Of a stretch of DNA of 64,000 nucleotides, positions 57,144 to 64,000 are shown in pieces (positions within the stretch are counted from its first letter, which is position 1; every line of letters begins with the position of its first letter). Both the position numbers and the translations under genes were made by a program. Under the pieces are notes generated by a model that had not been told where the DNA came from, ran no database searches, and saw only the letters and a list, made by a program, of their open reading frames with translations. The stretch is from an uncultured Bacillota bacterium (GTDB lineage Bacteria > Bacillota_I > Bacilli_A > RFN20 > CAG-288): contig CASFYT010000017.1 in NCBI GenBank assembly GCA_949299015.1, positions 436 to 64,435 of the forward strand, written 5' to 3'.

Positions 57144-57985
57144 CATCGGTCGACTTCCTCCCGGTCAAGCAGCAGCTGCTCCCGGAGTTCTTCCAGGGAG
57201 GAAAACTTCCTCTGCGGCCGAAGGAAGCGCTCGAAGCCGACGACGATCGACCTTCCATAGAGGTCCCCCTGGAAGGAGAGGACGTGGGTCTCGATCGTCC
57301 GGCGGTCCAGCCGGTCAACGGTCGGATGGGATCCGATGTTGGTCATCGAGCGATATTCGCGCCCCTCGATGAGGCACCTCGTCCCATAGACGCCCGTCGG
57401 GAGGGCGATCTTGTCCCGGCGCTGCTCGAGGTTGGCGGTCGGGAATCCGATCCTCCTCCCGTTCTCCTTGCCGTGAAGCACCTTGCCCAGGACGAAGAAG
57501 GGATAGCCCAAGAGCGCGTTGGCCTCTTCGATCCTTCCCTCGGAGAGGAGAAGGCGGATCCGGGCCGAGGAAACCTTATCCCCGCCCTGCGACAGGAGCG
57601 GGACGATCTCGACGGGAATTCCGTCCAGCAGGTTCCTCAGGTCGGAGGCCGAGCCTCTGCGGTCCTTTCCGAAGCGGAAGTCTTCCCCGACGACGATCTT
57701 TCGAGGCTCGGCGCTTTTGAGAAGGGACGCAAAGGTCGAGGCGTCCATCTCCTTGACGAGCGAGAAGGGAAGGGCGAGGGATGGAATGCGCCATCGCCGG
57801 AGGAGAAACTCCTTTTCTTCCGCGGTCAAAAGAGGAACGGTCTTCTTCGTGAGGGCGAGGTCGGCCGAAAAGGTGAGGAGGAAGGGCTTGCGGGCATGGC
57901 GCAGAAGTTCCTGGTGCCCGCGGTGGAGACCGTCGAAGAAGCCCAGGCAGGCATCCTGCCCACGGAGGAGGGAAAGGTCAACCAT
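57143..57985 (-). CDS. ribF: Bifunctional riboflavin kinase / FAD synthetase
   Basis: LGFFDGLHRGHQ, VGEDFRFG, VSSARIR, GRRIGFPTANL, GVY, ETH, FLRPQRKF. Confidence 0.94.
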   Translation of the reverse strand: MVDLSLLRGQDACLGFFDGLHRGHQELLRHARKPFLLTFSADLALTKKTVPLLTAEEKEFLLRRWRIPSLALPFSLVKEMDASTFASLLKSAEPRKIVVGEDFRFGKDRRGSASDLRNLLDGIPVEIVPLLSQGGDKVSSARIRLLLSEGRIEEANALLGYPFFVLGKVLHGKENGRRIGFPTANLEQRRDKIALPTGVYGTRCLIEGREYRSMTNIGSHPTVDRLDRRTIETHVLSFQGDLYGRSIVVGFERFLRPQRKFSSLEELREQLLLDREEVDR

Positions 57986-58853
57986 GGGAAAAGCCTCGAT
58001 AGCAGGCGTACCCGTCGGCCGTCCGGCGGTAGAGGGCGACGTCCCTGCCGTCCTCGTCGCGGACGAGCAGGAAGTCCTTCGTGGAAAGGGGAGGGAGGAG
58101 GTGGCCGTTCTTGGCACGACGGAGCAGTTCCCCGCGGAGGGCGGCATTCTCGCAGGAGGGAAGGATTTCTTCCAGGGGGAGCAGGTCGTCGGCGGTGGCC
58201 GCGTCGATGTCCACGGCCCTTTCGACCCGATAGGGTCCGACCTGCGTCCTCCGCAGCGCGGTGAGCGTCCCGAGGGTGCCCAGTCTTAGGGCGATGTCGA
58301 CTCCCAAGGTGCGGAGATAGGTCCCTTTCGAGACGACGGCCGAGAACTGCAGCGTTCCCTCGCGAGGATCGTATTTTTCGAGGGTCAGGCAATCGATGAC
58401 GACCTCCTGTGGAGCAAGATGGACTTCCTGACCGGATCTGGCAAGGTCGTAGGCTCTCTTTCCATCAATTCTTTTTGCAGAAAAAATCGGCGGTTGCTGA
58501 TAGGAAATGCCGATGAAAGACTGAAGGACTTCCTGGATTTTCGAGGCATCGAGGGATGGAAGGGGAACCTGGGAAACGAGGTCTCCGGTCTTGTCGTACG
58601 TCGTCGTTTCGAATCCGAGTTGGAGCGTTGCACGATAGGACTTCCACCTGTCGTCGAGCAGAGGAAGGAACTTCGTCGCTTCCCCGATGGCGACGATCAG
58701 AAGGCCGGTCGCAAAGGGATCGAGCGTTCCGAGGTGGCCGACGCGCCTCGTCCGAAAGAGGGCCTTGGCCTTTCGGTCGACGGCAATCGATGTGCTCCCT
58801 TCTCTTTTGTCGACGAGGAGGAAGCCGCAGGTGGATTTCTCCATTTCTTTCAT
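57978..58853 (-). CDS. truB: tRNA pseudouridine(55) synthase TruB
   Basis: VGHLGTLDPFATGLL, QQPPIFSAKRIDGKRAYDLAR, VSKGTYLRTL. Confidence 0.96.
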   Translation of the reverse strand: MKEMEKSTCGFLLVDKREGSTSIAVDRKAKALFRTRRVGHLGTLDPFATGLLIVAIGEATKFLPLLDDRWKSYRATLQLGFETTTYDKTGDLVSQVPLPSLDASKIQEVLQSFIGISYQQPPIFSAKRIDGKRAYDLARSGQEVHLAPQEVVIDCLTLEKYDPREGTLQFSAVVSKGTYLRTLGVDIALRLGTLGTLTALRRTQVGPYRVERAVDIDAATADDLLPLEEILPSCENAALRGELLRRAKNGHLLPPLSTKDFLLVRDEDGRDVALYRRTADGYACYRGFSHG

Positions 58854-58878
58854 AGGGATATAGTATAATTCATCTGCT
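58854..58878. promoter_or_regulatory. Overlapping divergent -10 elements serving truB and ttcA
   Basis: 25-bp intergenic; TATAAT (+) 58864-58869 and TATACT (-) 58867-58862; no SD on either side. Confidence 0.65.
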
Positions 58879-60024
58879 ATGGACAGCAACAACACGCTTC
58901 GGAAGAAGATGCTCGCCGCGCTGAGGAAGGCCGACTACGACTTCGGCCTCTTCGAGCGTGGGGACAAGGTCCTCCTCGGTCTCTCCGGGGGCAAGGATTC
59001 GATGGTCCTTCTGGATCTTCTTTCCCTCTACCGGAAGTTTCGGGACAAGGATTTCGAATTGGTCGCCGTGCACCTGGACTTCGGCTTTCCGCCCGTCGAT
59101 TTCAGCCAGGTCGAAGAATACGTCCGTTCCCTCTCCGTCCCCTACGTCCTGGTCGAGGAGAAGGAAGTCTATTCCGTGCTCCAGCAGCATCGCAACGAGA
59201 AGACGGGGCTCCTCCCCTGCTCCATCTGCTCGCGGATGCGGAAGGCCATCGTCAACAAGACAGCCAGGAGGCTCGGCTTTTCCAAGGTGGCCTTCGCCCA
59301 CCATATGGACGACGCGATCGAGACCCTCTTCCTGAACATGGCCTATGGCGGAAGAGTGGCGACCTTCGAGCCGAAGATGTATCTCGAGAATTCCGAAATC
59401 GAGTTCGTCCGCCCCCTGATCTACGCCAGGGAAAAGGATATCGAGCGCTATTGCCGGGCCTTCTCTCTTCCCGTGGCCAAGAATCTCTGCGGGAACGACA
59501 AGAGGACGCAGCGTGAGTTCATGAAGGAGGAGCTCGCGACGATCTATCGGCAGATTCCCGATGCCCGCAACAACTTTGCCGCCATGCTCTCGAACGACGA
59601 ATCGTTCCAGCTCTTCTTCGACAGGAAGGGGGCAACGCCCTCGGACGGACTCCAGGTCAAGCGATGCTCGACCTTCCGGGATATGAAGGACGTCGCCCGA
59701 CTCGCCCATGCGCTGGAATCGGAAGAGGACTTTCTCCCTTCCGACGCCATCTATTACCTCCTGCGGAAGGAGGGGAGTCCCGTCGCCTATCTGCGGGCGA
59801 AGGAAGGGGAGGACTTCTCCGTCGTCGTCGAACTCCTGGAGACGAGCGACGAGACCCTCTCCCGCTTCCTGGTCGACGTCTTCGAGAAGAATCTCTCGAT
59901 GAGGCACGTTCCGCGCCGGATCTCCTACCGCGGAAGGAAGCACGCTTCCGTCTTCCTCTCCCTGGGCTATGCCCCGGAGGATGGGAAACTGTCCAAGACG
60001 GTCACGCGTGCTCTGAAGATTTAG
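58879..60024 (+). CDS. ttcA: TtcA-like tRNA 2-thiocytidine synthase with C-terminal extra domain
   Basis: PP-loop SGGKDS, PCSICSRMRK, AHHMDDAIET, RPL, NLCG. Confidence 0.82.
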   Translation: MDSNNTLRKKMLAALRKADYDFGLFERGDKVLLGLSGGKDSMVLLDLLSLYRKFRDKDFELVAVHLDFGFPPVDFSQVEEYVRSLSVPYVLVEEKEVYSVLQQHRNEKTGLLPCSICSRMRKAIVNKTARRLGFSKVAFAHHMDDAIETLFLNMAYGGRVATFEPKMYLENSEIEFVRPLIYAREKDIERYCRAFSLPVAKNLCGNDKRTQREFMKEELATIYRQIPDARNNFAAMLSNDESFQLFFDRKGATPSDGLQVKRCSTFRDMKDVARLAHALESEEDFLPSDAIYYLLRKEGSPVAYLRAKEGEDFSVVVELLETSDETLSRFLVDVFEKNLSMRHVPRRISYRGRKHASVFLSLGYAPEDGKLSKTVTRALKI

Positions 60025-60050
60025 TTCTTCCCTTCTGGATGGGAAGTGTG

Positions 60051-60135
60051 TATAATTCTTTATTGCACGTCGACTGGGTGGTGGCCTGTGTCAAGCACCT
60101 CCACTCGGTGAACGCGCAGAAAGAGAGTTAAGACC
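60051..60135 (+). promoter_or_regulatory. rpsO promoter and structured leader (putative S15 autoregulatory RNA)
   Basis: TATAAT 60051-60056; imperfect long stem CTGGGTGG...CCACTCGG closed by TGC/GCA; S15 leaders are known in Firmicutes. Confidence 0.5.
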
Positions 60136-60402
60136 ATGGCACTCACGAAGGAAGAGAAGACGACGGCGATTGCTTCGTTCCGCCGCGACGAGAAGGACAC
60201 CGGTTCTGCCGAGGTGCAGATCGCGCTCCTCACCGCGAAGATCAAGAAGCTGACGGTCCACATGACCAACAACACCCACGACTACTCCAGCAAGCGCGGC
60301 ATGGACATCATCATCGCCCGCCGCAAGAAGCTCCTCAGCTATCTCAAGCGGACGGATCCGGCGAAGTACGAAGAAGTCTATCGTTCGATCAAAGGAAAGT
60401 GA
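60136..60402 (+). CDS. rpsO: 30S ribosomal protein S15
   Basis: DTGSAEVQIALLT..I..LT.H....HDYSSKRG....RRKKLLSYL. Confidence 0.97.
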   Translation: MALTKEEKTTAIASFRRDEKDTGSAEVQIALLTAKIKKLTVHMTNNTHDYSSKRGMDIIIARRKKLLSYLKRTDPAKYEEVYRSIKGK

Positions 60403-60404
60403 TC

Positions 60405-60427
60405 AGGCGGCCCTCGGGCCGTCTTTT
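60405..60427 (+). terminator. rpsO terminator
   Basis: AGGCGGCCC-TC-GGGCCGTCT-TTT. Confidence 0.7.
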
Positions 60428-60436
60428 CGTTACAGA

Positions 60437-61312
60437 ATGAACAAATCGATTCATCGCTATCTCCGACATCTTCCCTCGCTGTCCGGGAAGACCTGCGTCG
60501 TCACCGGAGGGACCGGTTCGATTGCGAAGGCGCTGGTCGAAGACCTCCTCTTTCTTGGCGCGGACGTCGTCCTGACCTATCGGAGCGAGGACAAGGCCCG
60601 CCGCCTCGTCTCGGAGCTCGGAGGTCTTTCGGACAGGATCCACGCCGTCTTTCTCGACCTGTCTTCGAAGGACAGCGTCCTTTCCTTTCTCCAGGGCCTT
60701 CCGCGACGCATCGATCTCTTCTTCCACGTCGCCGGGACCTACCACCGTCCGATGGAGTTCACTCCCGAGGGTCGGGAGGTGACCTATCAGACGGACTTCC
60801 TTGCGCCGGCGTGGATCGACGGGTTTCTCCTGCGCGAGCATCCGGAAGCGCGCATCATCCATACCGGAAGCGTCTCGATGTATTATTCGAAGGTGGATTT
60901 CCAGGATCCCATGTCCCTGAAGGTCGGAAAGACGATTCGCTATGGACGAGACAAAAGGCTTCTTGCCCTCTACGTCCTCTTTCTGCAGGAAAGATATCCG
61001 GATGGATCCTATGTCCTTGCCCATCCTGGTGTCAGTGCAACGTCCTTGTTCCAAAGCGAAAAGGGCGGTTTTTCGAAGACGTTCGAACGGCTTCTCGTCC
61101 CGGTGATGAAAAGGGTCTTCATGAAGCCGGAGAAGGCGGCGCTGTGCCTGGTCCTTGCGGCCTTCTCGGGGGAAGGCCGGGGCGAGCTCGTCGCACCGCG
61201 CGGGTTCCTCCATTCCTGGGGAAAGCCCAGGGTCCTTCGCCTGAGGAAGTCGCTTTTGGAAAGCGACGAGCGGCTTCTCTTCCCCGGCCTTTGGGAAAGG
61301 GAGAAGCTCTAG
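60437..61312 (+). CDS. SDR family oxidoreductase (retinol dehydrogenase-like)
   Basis: GKTCVVTGGTGSIA, LDLSS, YGRDK (YxxxK), AHPG. Confidence 0.88.
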   Translation: MNKSIHRYLRHLPSLSGKTCVVTGGTGSIAKALVEDLLFLGADVVLTYRSEDKARRLVSELGGLSDRIHAVFLDLSSKDSVLSFLQGLPRRIDLFFHVAGTYHRPMEFTPEGREVTYQTDFLAPAWIDGFLLREHPEARIIHTGSVSMYYSKVDFQDPMSLKVGKTIRYGRDKRLLALYVLFLQERYPDGSYVLAHPGVSATSLFQSEKGGFSKTFERLLVPVMKRVFMKPEKAALCLVLAAFSGEGRGELVAPRGFLHSWGKPRVLRLRKSLLESDERLLFPGLWEREKL

Positions 61313-63654
61313 AGCGGAAGGTCCTTCTTCTCGAAGACGAGGAAGGAGAGGCCGTAGGTCACCAGTCCGATGCCCAGAAGGGCGATGAGCTTGTAGTAGA
61401 AGACCGGATCGTTGTTCATCGCCGCCGAGGCGTCGTAGAACGAGAGGATCGTCAGGTAGTTGAAGAAGTTCATGGAATCGATGCGGATGGTCGAGGGCAT
61501 GGCCGGTCCTCCGAAGAGCCCAAGGATGGCGCAGACGAGGAAGAAGATGGTGATGCCCCCGCCGATGCCGAGGGCATATTTCGTCTTGGAGAAGGAAGAG
61601 GAGGAGAGGAAGCAGATTCCCGAGATGGCGAACATGCAGAAGAAGTTTCCGAGGACGAAGCGCAGCAGCATGTCGAGGGAGAAGGCTTGTTCGAAGTCCT
61701 CTCCGCCGATCGAGATGCCAATGGCCCGTGCGGCCAGGGAACCCAGAAGCAGGACCAGGGACATCGAGGCGACGGCGAGGAAGAGGCTGAAGGCCTTGGA
61801 GAAGAGGACCGTGCTTCGCTTCAGGGGGGCGGAGAGGGTGAAGGCCAGGGATCCGTTCTCGACCTTCTGCGCGACCAGCTCGTTCGAGGTCAGAATCAGG
61901 AAGACCATCGGAAGGAGCAGGCCGGCCAGGCCGAAGAACATGATGCCGATGAAGATGCCGTACATGTTCATCTCGCTGAGCTCGAGGAAGCTTTCCTCGA
62001 CGGAGGTGGGAAGGTTGTCGAGGATGCCCTGGCTCGCCTTGACCATCGCCGCCATCGTCTGATCGAGGGTGGATCCGCCCAGGAGCGAGCCGTCGCCCAG
62101 GTAGAGCTCGAAGGACCCGATCGCGCCGACGCATTGGTTCTGAACGAATTCGAGGAGCTGGGTGCCGGAGACGCCTTCGTCGTCCCTTCCGACTTCCTCG
62201 ATGTCGTCGACTCCGAAGGCGGAGAGGATCGCCTCGGTCGCCCGCTTCTCCAGGGCCTCCAGGATCGAGGGCAGGATCTTGTCTCCGTCGACCTCGCCGA
62301 AGGCGCCGTCCTGGGAAGGAAGGTAGTAGCCGAGGTCCTCCCCCTGTCCTTCCCTTCGCACCATGTCCTTGAGGAAGAGGTCCACGTCGTGGACGAGGCT
62401 TTGGACTTCCTGAAGTCCTTCCTCGCGGGCGAGGGCGATCTCTTCCTCCGTATAGTCGGTTCCTGTCAGCTCGAGCTTGTGCATCTTCTCGAGGAGGTTG
62501 GCGTGGACGTACATTCCGTCGGCCACGGGGATCATCCGCGAAGGGTCGTAGGTGGTCAGGACGACCTTTTCGCCGTCCTCGATGGCATAGGGACGGCCGA
62601 GGTCGTCCGTCAGATATCCGACGGTGAAGTCCGGAAGCGCCGCCAGGTAGGAATAGCTTCCGAGCAGATCGGAGAGGAGTTCCTCGATGGCGGCGAAGAG
62701 CGATTCGTCGGCATAGCCGAATTCATGTCCGGAAAGGGCCGTGTTGTTCCGGTATTCCTCGGGATGCCGGTCCCGGGCTTCCAGCAGGGAGGTGGCAAAG
62801 CAGGATAGGGCGGACTCCATTCCGGTCGGCGCGATGGCCTCGACGCCGAAGAGGAAGAGCGACCGGATCTGTTCCTCGCTCAGCCGTCCGCTCTCTTCGT
62901 AGATGACCTTGCATTCGTCCATGCGAGCAAGGAAGTCCTCGATCTTTCCCTCCGTCGCCCCATAGCTCAGCAGGAGGGTGCGGATGCCACGGTCCATTCC
63001 GGCCTCGACGACCGCCGGGATGTCGAGCTCGTCGGCCGAGAAGCTTGCGCTGGAAAGGAGAACGTCGTGTCCCTCGTCGAGGCATGAGGTGAGGAAGAGG
63101 GTGGTCGTCTCTTCCGAAAGGCCGGAAAGGGAGGGGACGAGGGCCGTGAGGGTGGAGAGGAGCTCCGCGTTCAGGGTCTCATCGACCGCCTGCCGGTGCC
63201 GTTCCTCGTCCGTCCCTTCGGCCTGCTCGTAATGGGTGACGTAGGGATCGAAGAGGAGGCTTCGGACCGTCTCCTGGAGGAGACGGCTCTCCGACAGGTT
63301 CTGCTCGAACTCCATGCTCACGGGGATCAGCTCCGAGAATTCCTCCTCGAATTCGGTGACGAAGGGACCCGACCCCTTGTGGAGCTCGACGGCGTTGGAA
63401 TAGGCGAGGTAATAGGAGATGCTCCCCTGGCCGACCAGGGAAAGCATGTCCGCGCTGGAAAAGAGCTGGGAGAGGGAATCCTGAAGCGTGTTGAGGCCAA
63501 GCGTTGAGAGAATCAGGATGACGACGATGCCGATGACCACGTTTCCGAAGGATGTGATGAGGAAGGAGAGCCAATTCGAACGTACGCTTTCCCGGACGAT
63601 GGCCAGGGAAAGCAGGGGATGCCGCCTTCTTCGCTCCGTTGTCGTTTCGTTCAT
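61309..63654 (-). CDS. ABC-2 type transporter permease with very large extracytoplasmic insertion
   Basis: N-terminal TM, about 500-aa acidic domain, then NELVAQKVENGSLAFTLSAPLKRSTVLFSK and several TM helices. Confidence 0.82.
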   Translation of the reverse strand: MNETTTERRRRHPLLSLAIVRESVRSNWLSFLITSFGNVVIGIVVILILSTLGLNTLQDSLSQLFSSADMLSLVGQGSISYYLAYSNAVELHKGSGPFVTEFEEEFSELIPVSMEFEQNLSESRLLQETVRSLLFDPYVTHYEQAEGTDEERHRQAVDETLNAELLSTLTALVPSLSGLSEETTTLFLTSCLDEGHDVLLSSASFSADELDIPAVVEAGMDRGIRTLLLSYGATEGKIEDFLARMDECKVIYEESGRLSEEQIRSLFLFGVEAIAPTGMESALSCFATSLLEARDRHPEEYRNNTALSGHEFGYADESLFAAIEELLSDLLGSYSYLAALPDFTVGYLTDDLGRPYAIEDGEKVVLTTYDPSRMIPVADGMYVHANLLEKMHKLELTGTDYTEEEIALAREEGLQEVQSLVHDVDLFLKDMVRREGQGEDLGYYLPSQDGAFGEVDGDKILPSILEALEKRATEAILSAFGVDDIEEVGRDDEGVSGTQLLEFVQNQCVGAIGSFELYLGDGSLLGGSTLDQTMAAMVKASQGILDNLPTSVEESFLELSEMNMYGIFIGIMFFGLAGLLLPMVFLILTSNELVAQKVENGSLAFTLSAPLKRSTVLFSKAFSLFLAVASMSLVLLLGSLAARAIGISIGGEDFEQAFSLDMLLRFVLGNFFCMFAISGICFLSSSSFSKTKYALGIGGGITIFFLVCAILGLFGGPAMPSTIRIDSMNFFNYLTILSFYDASAAMNNDPVFYYKLIALLGIGLVTYGLSFLVFEKKDLPL

Positions 63655-64000
63655 TTCGTCTTCCTCCTCCTTTCAAAGTAATCCTGCAGGTGGGAAGGCT
63701 CTTCGTAAAGATAGCGGAGGGGCAAGGCGGAATTCTCCCTGAGGAAGTGCAGGGCTTCCGAGGCAGGAATGCGGAGCTTCAGCTCCTGTTCCTCGTCCTT
63801 CGAGCCGAGAAGGACGGAGGCATGTTCCGCTTTCTTCGTCGTGTAGAGCTCCTTGTCGACAAAGGAGATCCGATAGGTTCGGCATTCGACATTCTTTTCT
63901 TGCTCCTTTTTATCAAAGCAGTCAAGAATTCTTCCTTGAGAAAGGAGATAAACCCTATCTGCATCTCTTTCAAAGTCGTCGAACGTGTTGGATGTCATCA
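63651..64000 (-). CDS. ABC transporter ATP-binding protein, C-terminal part (truncated by window edge)
   Basis: TSNTFDDFERDADRVYLLSQGRI switch region and terminal LQDYF; ATGA overlap with the permease. Confidence 0.7.
   Translation of the reverse strand, partial: MTSNTFDDFERDADRVYLLSQGRILDCFDKKEQEKNVECRTYRISFVDKELYTTKKAEHASVLLGSKDEEQELKLRIPASEALHFLRENSALPLRYLYEEPSHLQDYFERRRKTK

Overview
The window is chromosomal DNA from a fairly GC-rich bacterium using genetic code 11. Gene content (bile salt hydrolase, many lipoproteins, rnhC, mutS2, ylxR/ylxQ) suggests a reduced-genome gut member of Bacilli/Bacillota; this is inference. The left ~23 kb is accessory and defence-rich. It holds an AT-rich Type III restriction-modification pair (mod has an in-frame G8 tract), a SauUSI-like PLD-helicase-DUF3427 protein coupled to a Nudix hydrolase, a stand-alone HEPN-motif protein, mutY and tag. 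It also holds a 1515-aa membrane-anchored NACHT NTPase with C-terminal BspA-type LRRs (an NLR-like architecture, the most striking item), a bile salt hydrolase and a 1000-aa lipoprotein with a poly-G promoter. A stop-interrupted toxin/immunity-like pair and an overlapping inverted-repeat element lie next to tRNA-Leu(GAG). The remainder is mostly core genes: ileS-lspA-rluD, rnhC, mutS2-uvrC, tRNA-Pro(GGG), an Ig-stalked barnase-like lipoprotein, ABC-F and ABC transporters, alaS-ruvX, rimP-nusA-ylxR-ylxQ-infB-rbfA, an inverted truB-ribF, ttcA and rpsO. Many genes appear to be transcribed leaderless. No CRISPR array, rRNA, integrase or transposase was seen. All calls come from reading motifs by eye; no database searches were run.
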